A DNA stretch of 64,000 bases from Malacoraja senta (Eukaryota). Below are positions 52,410 through 64,000 of this stretch, piece after piece; the stretch's first letter is position 1, and every line of letters begins with the position of its first letter. The stretch is taken from contig CM075977.1 in assembly GCA_038087875.1 (NCBI GenBank), positions 136,896,001-136,960,000 on the forward strand, in the 5' to 3' direction. A program made the position numbers and the translations under genes. The notes beneath the pieces are model-generated. The model searched no databases, had not been told where the DNA came from, and was given only the letters and a program-made list of their open reading frames with translations.

Positions 52410-53225
52410 GCTCATGGACTTGCTGACCTTCAAGTACAGTAACTATCCACATGATTCCAATTGTTCAGCATTGGATCCATAGGCTTCTTTGGCTTGCTGA
52501 TTCATGGGATGACCTCGATGCTTCAATGCTGAGAGAGTGTCTGGCTATAAAAAACCCTCAGTCTTCCAGATTCCAGCCACCCTCCTGATGAAAAAAGGTT
52601 GTTCCTCTGTTCTCCTCCGAATCTCATACCCCTTACCTTGTGGCTATACCCTTTGCTTTTAGCCCTGCCACGCACCTCATCATTTTAAATACCTCCATCA
52701 AGGCTTCACTCAGCTTCACCTACTTCAAAGTAAACACACCTTGGTTTTCTTCATAACTGACATGTTCCATCCCAGGCAATATCCTGGTGAATCTCCTCTG
52801 CACCTATTCCAGCACACTCAATCCCTTCCTATATTGTGGCGAACAGAACTGCAAACAATACTCTAGCTGTGGCGGTACCAATATTTACATAGACTATACA
52901 AATATACAGCAGGGGAACAGGCCCTTCAGTCCACAATATCTGTGCTGACTATGATGCCAGTCAATTCTACACATTTGCCTGCACATTAACTATATCGCTC
53001 CATTCACTGTCTGCTCGTGTATCTATCATAAAGCTCCTTAAACATTGTATTATATCTGCTTCCACCTTCTACCCTGGCAATACATAACACTCTCTGTGTA
53101 AAAAAAAAAAGCCTCATAAACTTTAGCCCTATCACCTTAAAGCTATGCCGTTTGATATTCATCACTTTCACTCTGGGAAAAATAATTCTGACTATCCTAT
53201 CTATGCCACTCTTAATTTCATTCAC
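52410..53225 (-). mobile_element. Two older CR1 3' fragments (about 52410-52885 and 52888-53225)
   Basis: gaacagaactgcaaacaatactc (EYC.QF) and RHSFKVIG...FFTQRV remnants. Confidence 0.65.
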
Positions 53226-53237
53226 TTTTATGAAGTT

Positions 53238-54230
53238 GCTCCCACAGCTATTTACAATATACATCAATGATTTGGATGAAGGGATACAAAGTAACATTAG
53301 CAAATTTGCAGATGACACAAAGCTGGGTGGCAGTGTGAACTGTGAGGAGGATGCTATGAGAATGCAGGGTGATTTGGAGAGGTTGGGGGAGTGAGCAGAT
53401 GCATGGCAGATGAAGGTTAATGCGGATAAATGTGAGGTTATCCACTTTGATAGCAAAAACAGGATGGCAGATTACTATCTAAATGGTGTCAAGTTGGGAA
53501 AAGGGGAAGTACAACGGGATCTGGGGGTCCTTGTACATCAGTCTATGAAATTAAGCATGCAGGTACAGCAGGCAGTGAAGAAAGCGAATGGCATGTTGGC
53601 CTTTATAACAAGAGGAATCGAATATAGGAGCAAAGAGGTCCTTCTGCAGTTGGATAGAGCCCTAGTGGGACCACACCTGGAGTATTGTGTGCAGTTTTGG
53701 TCCCCTAATTTGAGGAAGGACATTCTTGCTATTGAGGGAGTGCAGTGTAGGTTTACAAGGTTAATTCCCGGGATGGCGGGACTGTCATATGCTGAGAGAA
53801 TGGAGCAGCTGGGCTTGATTACTCTGGAGTTTAGAAGGATGAGAGGGTACTCATTGAAACATATAAGATTGTTAAGGGTTTGGACACGCTAAAGGCAGGA
53901 AATATATTCCCGATGTTGGGGGAGTTCAGAACCAGGGGCCACCGTTTAAGAATAAGTAGTAAGCCGGAGACGAGGAAACACCTTTTCTCACAGAGAGTGG
54001 TGAGTCTGTGGAATTCTCTGCCTCAGAGGGCGGTGGAGGCAGGTTCTCTGGATGCTTTCAAGAGAGAGCTAGATAGCGCTCTTAAAATAGCGGAGTCAGG
54101 GGATATGGGGAGAAGGCAAGAACGGGGTACTGATTGGGGATGATCAGCCATGATTACATTGAATGGCGGTGCTGGCTCGAAGGGCCGAATGGCCTACTCC
54201 TGCACTTATTGTCTATTGTCTATTGTCTAT
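53238..54230 (+). mobile_element. CR1/HER1 LINE, 5'-truncated (RT C-terminal half plus 3' UTR)
   Basis: PQLFTIYINDL, SKFADDTKL, PHLEYCVQFWSP; (TATTGTC)n tail; premature stop and frameshifts. Confidence 0.92.
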
Positions 54231-54320
54231 AACCTCACAAGAGATTATTCGCTAAAGTTGTGTTGACAAGATTAAATGGAAAAGCCTGTTTTCTGTTTAT
54301 AAATAATGAACTTTTATTTA

Positions 54321-54593
54321 GACACAAAATGTTGGAGTAACTCAGCGGGACAGGCAGCATCTGTAGATAGAAGGAATGGGTGACGTTTCGGGTTGAGACC
54401 CTTCTTCAGAGTCTGAAGAAGGGTCTCAACCCGAAACGTCACCCTTTCCTTCTTCAGAGTCCGAAGAAGGGTCTCGACCTGAAACGTCACCCATTCCTTC
54501 CCTCCAGAGATGCTGCCTGCACCATTGAGTTACTCCAGCATTTTGTGGCTATCTTCAATATAAACCAGCATCTGCAGTTCCTTCCTATGCATT
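54321..54593. mobile_element. Palindromic Penelope-derived mini-element with three hammerhead motifs and a 12-bp TSD
   Basis: AACTTTTATTTA at 54309-54320 and 54594-54605; perfect 33-bp inverted repeat around 54411. Confidence 0.85.
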
Positions 54594-56241
54594 AACTTTT
54601 ATTTAATTGTTCCTCTATTCTACCTTGTGAACAATCAGATGTGGAACAAAATCGTTTCATGTAAGAAAAAATCTCACCCTTTGGAAAAAAAGCACAACGT
54701 TTATTTTTCCTCATAGTTCCATTTATAATCATTTAAATGTGCAAGAATAATGTCATTTTGTTTTTGTAGCACTTTCACAATGATGGTAGGAACTCTTTAC
54801 TTATAATGATGTTCTTTAGTCATGGGCCTTTTGTTTCCTTCACATAATTGTTTGTATTTTAATATTCTTTCCATCTACAGGAACATAGATAATATTACAT
54901 AAATTAGCTAGAATGATTTCAACTGATAAGAGTACGATTGTGGTTTGTGTTTAAAAATGTAATTTGACTACCGGAAAAGATTACATTCACTATAACAAAA
55001 GTACCATTAGCACCGAGGTCTTTCTTGCCTTCAGTGATATTTTAATAGCAGAGAAAACAGAAAAGCATCCATGTAGTGTTTTGTGTGTAATTGTGCTGAG
55101 ATTCATTAACATTATCAATGTAGTAATCATACCTTAATACCAAAGAAATTGATATTTTAAGAGCTGCAGAATATTGTAGTCAGGTGTGGATTGGGAATAA
55201 AAATCAGTTCCTTTTTCCTTTGTGTAGCTGCTTCTTTCACAAATTCCATTCTTGAAAATTCATGATGATGAAGATCTAAACTATTATCGTGATTTTATTT
55301 TCAATGCATCAATTTCAATGTGTCAAAGTAGATATGTTGATCAGTCTAATATATTTGATTTATGTTATTGATTCAAAATATTACCGACTTTAGTATAACA
55401 TTTGTTAAATGGATTTATAAACATTCCAATAAGATATTACATTATAATTTAAGAGAGAAAAAATACACAAAAAAATTACAAAATGTATTTTGAAGTAAAG
55501 GTTCAAGTTCAAGCTCACATTTATTGTCACATGCACCAATTAAGGTAGTGATATTTGGGTTACCAAATAGGATATGCTGCACTTCAACATTAGCTTTAGA
55601 ATAAATCCTTCACATTGCTAAGTTGCTATTATTGTAGATGGCTTTCACAGACTTTTCAATATCTTTGTATGTGGAATAGATTTGAATAAAGGCAAAATTC
55701 CAGGATCTGGACACTGGGAGAGTGTGGATAAATTAGTTCAAATTAGGACGAAGAAGCCTGAGATCTCAGATACTTCACAATTTCAGTTCTGGCAAAACTA
55801 TTAATCTGGAACATTATGTTCCTCTCTGACATTTTTTGTTTTTATTTTGCATTGATTTTAGTATTTCACATGTGCTCATTGTGACACGCCCGCAACAGAA
55901 CCCCATATTTAAAAGAAAACATTAATATTTCAATTAGTAACCTAGTTTGGTATTGTTTTATTATTGTCACGTGTATCAAGATAAAGTGAAAAGATTTTGT
56001 TAGCATGCTATCTTATTAAATCAAAAAATACTATATATGAATACAGTCAAGCCATACACAATACAACAGTTATATGGTATTGTATTGTATATCTTTATTG
56101 TCATTTCCTGTGTATTCGCATACCCAGAGGAAACAAAAAAACGTTCCTCAACCAGTGTCCATTTCAGTGTGTGCAGTAAAAAATAAATAGAAGTAAAAAT
56201 ACATATATCATGAACAAATTAACACTCTACTCTACTAAACA

Positions 56242-57850
56242 TCAACAGGCGTTCCGATCGGCAGCGGCACGACAGTGGCTCTGCTGCAGTGTGTCCAGGT
56301 TGGTGGTTGGTGCACGATACTTTGGCAGGGGACAAAGTCCGTTTATCAGTCTTATAACTTGCGGGAAGAAGCTGAGGAGCATCCTGCTGGTTTTGCACCT
56401 AATGCTCCGGTACCTCTTCCCAGATGGCAGGATGGAGAATATGTGATGGGATGGGTGGTAGGGGTCTTTGATGATGGAGATGGCTCTGCTGATACATCTC
56501 TTCCTGTATATGTCCAGCAGGAAAGGGAGTGGAGCACCAATAATCCTGCTGGCGGTCTTCACAATCCTGTCTAGTTGGTGCCGTTCGTACGCCTTGCAGC
56601 TCCCGAACCAGGAAGTGATGCCGTAGGTTAATGTGCTCTCGATTGTCCCCCTATAAAAAGTTCGTAGGTGTGTAGTGGGGAGACCTGCTTTACGTAGTCT
56701 TCGGAGAGGGTGTAGTCGCTGCTGGGCTCTCTTGACCAGTGCTGTGGTGTTGGTCGTGGACGTCAGGTCATCTGACAGGTGGAGTCCTAGGAACTTCACG
56801 CTGTTGACCCTTTCCACATCAGCTCCATCGATGTGCAGAGGTGTATGGTGTTGTTTTCCCGCCCTCCTGAAGTCAACCACCATCTCCTTAGTTTTTCCCA
56901 CGTTGAGAATGAGGTTGTGGGATTTGCACCATCCTGTGAGCAGCTCCACCTCCATCCTGTACGCCGACTCATCATTGTCACTGATGAGACCCACCACTGT
57001 TGTGTCATCAGCGAACTTGTTGATGAAGTTGTTGTTGAGTCTAGCAGTACAGTCGTGTGTTAGCAGACTAAACAGCAGGGGGCTTAGGACACAGCCTTGG
57101 GGCGAGCCAGTGCTCACGGCTATGGTTTTTGATGTCCTACTGCCCACCCTGACTGTCTGCTGCCGTTGCGATAGAAAGTTCAGGACCCAGTTACATGTGC
57201 CAGCATCAACTCCCAATAGCTCCAACTTCTCCACCAACTGCTGCGGAATGATTGTATTAAAAGCAGAGCTGAAGTCCATGAAGAGGATCCTGGCATAAGT
57301 ATTTTTCCGATCAAGGTGTGACAGTACGAGGTTCAGTGTTGTTGAGACTGCGTCCTCTGTGGATCGGTTGGCTCTGTAGGCGAACTGCAGTGGGTCTAGG
57401 GCGGCAGGTAGACTATTTTTGATATGCTGCATAACCAGTCGCTCAAAACACTTCATTACTATGGGTGTTAGAGCCACTGGTCGAAAGTCATTATGGCAGG
57501 CTGGGTTTGGTTTCTTCGGGACAGGGACGATGGTGGCACTTTTAAGACAGTTGGGCACTACTGCCTGGCTGAGTGAGATGTTAAAAATGTCTGTGAAGAC
57601 ATCTTTCAGTTGCTCGGCGCAGTCTCTTAAAACGCATCCAGGAATGTTGTCCGGCCCTGCAGCTTTGCGTGGGTTGATGCTGGCAAAGACCTTTTTAACT
57701 CCGGCTGCGGACAGCCTGAGCGACTGGGCACTGGGAGATGGCAGTAGTGCACGTGTCTGGGTGGTGTTTCCAACCTCAAACCGTGCGTAGAACTCGTTCA
57801 GTTCATCTGGTAGAGAGGGGTCGTTTTGGCATATCCGCAGCGGGGGGAGG
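56242..57850 (-). CDS. Rex1 polyprotein C-terminal part: reverse transcriptase, frameshifted relative to the APE part
   Basis: [38 protein letters not shown]; open to the stop codon. Confidence 0.9.
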
Positions 57851-59317
57851 GGGGGGCTTGTAGTCCGTGATGGTATGAAATCCCTGCCACAAGCGACGTG
57901 TGTCTTTGTCATTTGCGAAGTGGCTGTTAAGTTTTTGTCCATACAGCCTCTTCGCTTCCCTGATCCCCCGGGATAGGTTACTCCTTGCCAGTTTGTATGC
58001 TGCGTTGTCCCCAGATTTGAATGCAGCATTCCGGATTCTCAGTAGGGAACACACTTCCCCAGTTAGCCAAGGTTTCTGATTGGCACGCCTCCTGATGGTT
58101 TTTACCACCGTTACATCATCAATGCATTTATTGATGTATCCGATGACGGATTTTGTGTATTCTTGGAGGTTGATGCTACTGTCATCTGTTGCTGCCTCCC
58201 TGAAAATGGCCCACTGTGTGGTTTCAAAACAGTCTTGTAGTGCTGCGGTAGCTCCCTGTGGCCATGTTCTGACTTCTTTGACCGTTGGCCTGTCCTGTTT
58301 CACCCTGGGTCTGTATGCAGGTGTGAGCATAACCGCCAGGTGGTCAGAGTTGCCGATATGGGGGAGGGGGGCTGCTCTATATGCATCTTTAATGTTGGTG
58401 TACACCAGATCTAGTTTGTTCTTTCCCCTGGTTGCAATGTTCACATGCTGGTAAAATTTAGGCAGAACAGATGTAAGACTTGCCTGGTTGAAATCCCCAG
58501 CTGCCATGAAGAAAGCATCTGGATGTTCCCTCTGCTGCTCACTGATGTTGTTGTAGAGTTCTGTCATAGCATCCTTCACGTCCGCGCTCGGTGGTACATA
58601 GACGGCCGTTATGAAGACTGCCGTTAGCTCCCTGGGTAAGTAGAAGGGTCGGCATTTCACAGTCATTAGCTCTACATGGGGTGAGCAGTAAGTGGAAGTC
58701 ATCACAGCATCCCGGCACCATGATCTGTTCACATATACAGCCAGCCCCCCTCCTCTTGCCTTACCAGCTAGCGAAGCTACTCTATCAGCTCTGTATAGCA
58801 TAAGTCCCTCCAACTGGATCGCAGCGTCTGTGATGTTCTGATTCAGCCAGGTCTCCGTTAGGACGTAGACACAGCAGTTCTTCACGCTTCGTTGGGAGGC
58901 TCTCCACGCTCTGAGGTAGTCCATCTTGTTGTCGAGGGAGCGGACATTTGCCAACATGACTGTAGGCACTGCCGGTTTGTGAGGGTTCGCGTTTAGCCTA
59001 GCGTAGGCTCCTGCGCGCTTCCCCCGCTTCTGCCCCCTGCTACACCGCTTGCGATGTTTCCCCACCAGTGTTGCTCCAGGTGCGGGTGCAGCCGCGGCTC
59101 TCCATGGGCCTGCGCACCTCCGTGGGCACCTCCGTGGGCCTACGCGACGCAGAAGTCTCAGCTCCACCAGGACGCTCCGTAAGTTAATGTTGCAACAAGA
59201 AGCCTTGTTGCCGATTTTTAAAAGGACCTGCCGCTCGTACTTACGCACATACACACATTCCTCCAACACACACTCTTCATACACACCACTCGCTCCAAAA
59301 ACACACGAAAACACCAA
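57803..59317 (-). CDS. Rex1 polyprotein N-terminal part: apurinic-type endonuclease
   Basis: [43 protein letters not shown] motifs. Confidence 0.88.
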   Translation of the reverse strand: MVFSCVFGASGVYEECVLEECVYVRKYERQVLLKIGNKASCCNINLRSVLVELRLLRRVGPRRCPRRCAGPWRAAAAPAPGATLVGKHRKRCSRGQKRGKRAGAYARLNANPHKPAVPTVMLANVRSLDNKMDYLRAWRASQRSVKNCCVYVLTETWLNQNITDAAIQLEGLMLYRADRVASLAGKARGGGLAVYVNRSWCRDAVMTSTYCSPHVELMTVKCRPFYLPRELTAVFITAVYVPPSADVKDAMTELYNNISEQQREHPDAFFMAAGDFNQASLTSVLPKFYQHVNIATRGKNKLDLVYTNIKDAYRAAPLPHIGNSDHLAVMLTPAYRPRVKQDRPTVKEVRTWPQGATAALQDCFETTQWAIFREAATDDSSINLQEYTKSVIGYINKCIDDVTVVKTIRRRANQKPWLTGEVCSLLRIRNAAFKSGDNAAYKLARSNLSRGIREAKRLYGQKLNSHFANDKDTRRLWQGFHTITDYKPPPPPAADMPKRPLSTR

Positions 59318-59370
59318 ACTTTCACTGGGAGAGGCCGCTGCAAACTCCGATCGCGCCGAACTCCGATCGC

Positions 59371-59382
59371 GCCGCCATCTTG
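59371..59382 (-). promoter_or_regulatory. YY1 consensus site at the Rex1 5' end
   Basis: Minus strand reads CAAGATGGCGGC. Confidence 0.55.
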
Positions 59383-59451
59383 CCCATCTTAGTTAGAGCT
59401 AAGAGAAAAATGCCAGTGTACAGAATATAGTTTTGCAGTATTGTAATGTTA

Positions 59452-59755
59452 ATCCCGTCTCATGGTGCGAGTCGACCCACGAGTGACCCCGAGTTTAAAA
59501 CAAATTAAACTCGTGGTAATCATGTACAATTAACGTAGCGGGAACGTCGGAACTCGTGGACGCAACTTAGCGACTTAGCTAACGGCAGGTACCCGGGAAA
59601 CTTGTTAACTCTTGAAAAACTTTAAACATGATTAAAGATTTCCGCGAGTCAAATTTAATCTTGAAGTTAAAATTTGAAACATTTAAACTCGTAAGAACGT
59701 AGTGGCCCGTGAGTTTACCGTAGTGATTTGTAAGTCTACTGTGGGCACTCTTTAA
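59452..59755. mobile_element. Degenerate CpG-rich MITE-like element
   Basis: TTAA at both ends, weak terminal symmetry, composition like 19326-19848. Confidence 0.4.
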
Positions 59756-59895
59756 TTCAGCGGGCAGGCAGCATCTCTGGAGAGAAGGAATGGGTGACAG
59801 GATGACGTTTCCAAATTTCTGCTGCGTCTTTGTGTTACTCCAGCACCGTGTGTTCACTTTTTGTCAACCAGCATCTGCTCTTTCTTGTGTATGAC
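59756..59895. mobile_element. Penelope-derived mini-element fragment
   Basis: cagcgggcaggcagcatctctggagagaagg...ttactccagca. Confidence 0.65.
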
Positions 59896-59896
59896 A

Positions 59897-60175
59897 TTAT
59901 TTGTATCCGTGGGGCTCAAAGTCAGTCCAAGGAGGCCTCCAGCTCCATCGATGGAAGGCCGCAGAGCGCCCGGAGAATGTGATCCAAAAATTAATCACAT
60001 CTCTGGCAAGATCGGAACTTGAAAAAAAGTTTCCCCCGATCCCCTCCCCCCTCCCCCCACAAAAAACAAACCGAAGAACATTAAAACAAACTTTTAACAC
60101 ACTAAAAAATAACAAAAAGAATGAAAAAACGAACAGACTGCCGACAGGGCAGCCATCGCCCCGGCGCCCCTGGTG
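59897..60175 (-). mobile_element. 5' part of the GC-rich Rex1-tail family
   Basis: GGCTGCCCTG leader, U-rich tract, G-run, GAAAC, GCGGCCTTCCATCG..GGAGCTGG. Confidence 0.65.
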
Positions 60176-61191
60176 GTATTTGTGTACTTTTACGATAACA
60201 AATCTTGTGTCTTTTGCATAGACCAGAGATTTTTTTTTAACTTTAGGCATGTGTCTTTTGCTTCTCTTCACTTTGTACAGGGACAATGGGCTACTGTGGA
60301 GAAGCCTATTAATTTGCATTGAAGGAGCAGATATCAATTAGACTGTGGTCAGAATGCTACAATTTACTAAAGCATTGCAGGGGTAGGGTGTGAGGAAATT
60401 AACCAGATATCTGACGGGTACCTTGTAATCTGAATGGAAAATGCAGTCCAGTTGAGGACATTGCTAAAGTTGACTGCAATGACCCTATGGTTATATTTCC
60501 TATTCAGAAATGCCATTTCAGCACAGTGTCATAAAATGTCAACTGGTGTGATGCTAAATTCTTCAGATGAAGAGTGATGAAAAGATATAGCAAAAATAAA
60601 AATCTCCATTCACATATTGAATCAATGAAAGATGAATTGTCGGTTATCACAGTGATATGTTTTTAAAATATGGAATGGAATGTTGGTGGTTAATTATATT
60701 TAAAAAGCACACTTTTGGAACTTCACAGGTGAGCATAATAGGTTTCTGTTTCCTATCTGGAGCATTCAGTTCTCCAGAACTCAGGTCAAACAGCATCAGT
60801 TAAAAGTACAGATGCTAATATTTTACTTCATCAAAATGCATAATCTTTTTCAGCTGCCTCTAATTAACTGGAATTGGCTAAAGGATTTAAATATGTAGAG
60901 AAATGTCTGATGAATTTGTATAAGGTCAGCTTTTATTACAGTCAGTAATGTTATATTCCCTGTCTATATGAGGTAGCCTACCTTGGCCTTGGCACCAATC
61001 AATCATCAGATTTGGTCTCGGTACTCCAGAGCTCGAGAGAAGAAAGTGAGGCAGGTTTCCTGGTTTTGGTCATTATCCAATGATTTAGCTGGGAACAACA
61101 GGATTGCACTTAAGCGTAAAAGGAAATAAAAATTAATTACATTTGTACACCAACTTCTGCATTACACATACAACATGCTAATAAATATGTT

Positions 61192-61908
61192 TCAAAGGTC
61201 TCAAAGGTATATTTATTGTCATGTGTACCAATCAAGATACAGTGAAATTCAAATACCATACACCCATACTAAAAAAAACCAAGACACACGACTACATAAA
61301 AGCTAACATAAACATCCGCCACAGCGAATTCCCCACATTTCTCACTATGATGGAAGGCAATAAAGTCTAATCTTCTTCACTCCTTATTCTCCCGCGGTCT
61401 GGGCAGTCAAACCATCCGCAGTCGGGGCGTTCGAAGTTCCGGCAGCTGGCGATTGAAGTCCCCGCGTCGGGACGATCATAGCTTCCGCGATCGGGACAGT
61501 CGAAGCTCCTGGGGCCTGGAGCTCACGAAGCTGGTCCCTAATCAGGGACCGCGAGCTCCACGATGTTAAAGTCCACAGGTGGAGCTCCACGATGTTAAAG
61601 TCCACAGGCACCCACAGTCGGAGCTCCACGGTCGAAGCTCCACGGTCGATCCCCGACAGGGACCACCATCTCAACGATGTTAAGTCCGCAGGCTCCCACG
61701 ATTGGAGCTCCCGAAGCCGGTCCCCAGCAAGAGGCTACCATCACCACAATGTTAGTCCGCAGTGTGGAGGGAGATACGATGCGGAAAAACATTGCATCTC
61801 CGTCGAGGTAAGTGATTAAAAAAGGTTTCCCCCAACACCCCCCTCTCCCCCTCAACCCCCACATAAAATAAGATAAAGAACACTAAAACATACATTTAAA
61901 ACATACTA
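61192..61908 (-). mobile_element. GC-rich Rex1-tail family copy, 5' end cut by the Hero insertion
   Basis: GACTTTATTGCCTTCCATCATAGTGAG motif and TGACAATAAA tail; internal short repeats. Confidence 0.7.
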
Positions 61909-62397
61909 TGTGAAAGATACTTCTAGAAGCGCTGGGACGCATCCTCCGTGATGTGACCTGGGGTCATCGGGTGTTTCGGGTCTCACAACATCAGACACCC
62001 TCGCCCAGGCGACCCAGCCGTGGTTGATCAAGCCCCGACTTGCGTCCCAGCAGCAACCGCCCACGGATCAGCCCTCTTAATCAAAAGCCACCTAGTGGCT
62101 TTCTCTGCGGCTTCGCTTGCGGATTGAATGGCCCTCTTTTTTGCCAGCCCCGTAATGCCCAACTGCTTGAGGACTTTGCAGAGTGAGCGTCCTGCAAAGC
62201 CTCTACAGCCAACCTCAATGAGCTCATAGTATGTCTTCCAGCCGCTGTCCTGGCATATCTCCACCAGTTCCTGGTACCTTGAGCGTTTCCTCTCATTAGC
62301 CTCTTCAATACGCTCTTCCCAGGGCACTGTCAGCTCCAGAATGATCAGCTGTTTTGTCACTCGGAGGTGATGATGATCATGTCTGGCCAGAGTGATG
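61909..62397 (-). mobile_element. Hero-clade non-LTR retrotransposon 3' end (restriction-like endonuclease plus 3' UTR)
   Basis: PDMII...KQLIILELTVPWEE...RKRSRY...IEVGCRGF; a frameshift follows PDMIIITSE. Confidence 0.85.
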
Positions 62398-62644
62398 TAA
62401 ACATATTAGAGAATAACAGAGAAGGAAAAGGATGAGACAAACTGTTGGCATAGTGTAGGTATTGCTGTAATGTGGGTAATGTGGCAAAGTGGACAGCTTG
62501 ATTGTGATCATGATTGTATTTTCTTGATAGCTCACAAACAAAACTGTAAATACCTTACTCACACAGGTTGAAGCAAAAGCATCTTTATTGTTCAGTTCAT
62601 CATCAACTAGGCAGTACATCATACGTTCACTCTACTGCAGCTAC

Positions 62645-62850
62645 TGAAGGCAGAAGGCGAGTTCTTACACTATAAATCATGCATTAGGCGGAGTTATAAT
62701 TACTAAGCATTCTGATTGGCTAACATGCAATAGCCAATCTGTAGATGGTTTATGCATGCAACCAATCATATAGCTACCTCACCACTACTAACCCCGCCTT
62801 AAGTATCATTTATAATAACGCCTGCTTCTCCTTCTGCGCAATACAGTAGC
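62645..62850. promoter_or_regulatory. Candidate bidirectional promoter
   Basis: Mirror order outward on both strands: CCAAT, GC box, ATTTATA, pyrimidine-rich tract. Confidence 0.4.
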
Positions 62851-62894
62851 AGACTGGAGTCCGTGACTACTCATGTGTTGTTTAACTCTGTATA

Positions 62895-64000
62895 CTTCAC
62901 AACAGCTGACTTCAGTACAACATGGCAGCGCTTGGAAGTAGGCATCATGGCAGGCTGCACAGTCTCACCCTTGGCCTTTACAATGGCCATGGAAGTCATC
63001 ATCAGGGCCTCAAAATGGGTGGTGGGCGGTGAACGAACCAGGGCTGGGCTCCGTCTGCCACCCATCAGGGCATACATGGACGACATGACAACACTAACCA
63101 CTACTGCAGCATGCACCAAGCGGCTACTTGGAAAGCTGCAGGAGAACATCAAGTGGGCCCGAATGAAAATCAAACCAAGTAAATCTCGAAGCATCTCCAT
63201 AGTCAAGGGGGTGCTTAGAGACACAAGGTTCTGTATTGGTGACGACCCAATACCAACAGTGTCTGAGCAGCCAGTTAAAAGCCTGGGAAGATGGTATAAC
63301 GCAAGTCTCAAGGACAAAGAGCAGGTGCAACAACTAAGGCAAGAAATTGTCAATGGACTGGAGAACATCAATCAGACCCTACTGCCTGGGAAACTGAAGC
63401 TCTGGTGCCTACAGTTTGGACTCCTTCCTCGGACAATGTGGCCACTGACCGTTTATGAAGCCCCAATAACAACTGTGGAGAAGATGGAGCGAACCATAAC
63501 TTCATACGTGAAGAAATGGCTCGGTGTCCCACGATGTCTAACTAACATCGGCCTCTATGGCAAAGGGGTCCTGGAACTACCTCTCACTAGTCTAACAGAG
63601 GAATATAAGTGTTCTAAAGTAAGACTCCAGATGACACTGAGGGACTCTAGAGACAAGATCATCAGTGCTGTTGCGCCGCCCCTAGCAACTGGCCGGAAGT
63701 GGACACCATCTGATGCAGTACAGCAAGCTTCATCAGCCCTGAGGCACAAAGACATAGTGGGGCAAGTCCAGCAGGGAAGAGGAGGCTTTGGCCTTACGAC
63801 AAGTAAACCAACTTGGCGAAAGGCCACAACATCAGAGCGGAGGACGTTGGTGGTTGAGGAGGTGCGGCGACAGGAGGAGGCCGCAAGAAGTGCAAAGGCG
63901 GTCTCTCTTGCCAAGCAGGGGCAATGGATGCAGTGGGAAGGTGTGGAGCGGAGGAAGATCAGCTGGAAAGAACTATGGGAAATGGAAGCAAGCAAGATCA
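62895..64000 (+). mobile_element. Hero-clade reverse transcriptase, reading frame running off the window
   Basis: From 62896: FTTADFSTTWQRLEVGIMAGCTVSPLAFTMAME...IRAYMDD...KPSKSRS...KSLGRWY...KLWCLQFG. Confidence 0.88.

Larger units (their letters stand above)
56073..59390 (-). mobile_element. Near full-length Rex1/Babar LINE
   Basis: 5' leader, APE and RT ORFs, TGACAATAAA plus (CAATA)n tail; AGTTA at 56068-56072 and 59391-59395. Confidence 0.95.

Noticed and set aside
56275-59396. Plus-strand ORFs over Rex1 (and minus ORFs 62871-63995 over Hero)
   Set aside because: Antisense shadows of the real coding frames.
61965-62000. Hammerhead ribozyme in the Hero 3' UTR (CUGAUG...GAAAC)
   Set aside because: The core reads CUGAUGU, not CUGANGA, with no stem II and no suitably placed cleavage triplet.

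Overview
Non-coding, repeat-dense vertebrate DNA. HE1-type V-SINEs paired with HER1/CR1 LINE tails point to a cartilaginous fish, probably a skate or ray (inference). I found no recognisable host gene; every protein-like ORF is transposon-derived. Contents: many HE1 SINE and CR1 3' fragments; four Rex1/Babar LINE copies, one near full length (56073-59390) with a single frameshift in a C-run; two Penelope-like (Neptune-type) elements plus palindromic mini-derivatives carrying minimal hammerhead-ribozyme motifs; a truncated DIRS retrotransposon nested in a split SINE and itself hit by a TIR element and a tandem CR1; two non-autonomous Helitrons; a TTAA MITE; a family of GC-rich non-coding elements with Rex1-type tails; and a Hero-clade LINE split into head-to-head halves around a symmetric promoter-like spacer. 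The best leads are the hammerhead palindromes, the Hero/spacer structure, the putative Rex1-mobilised family, and a 105-bp unit inserted twice at GAATCCA. Family names come from motif recognition only, and many boundaries are approximate.
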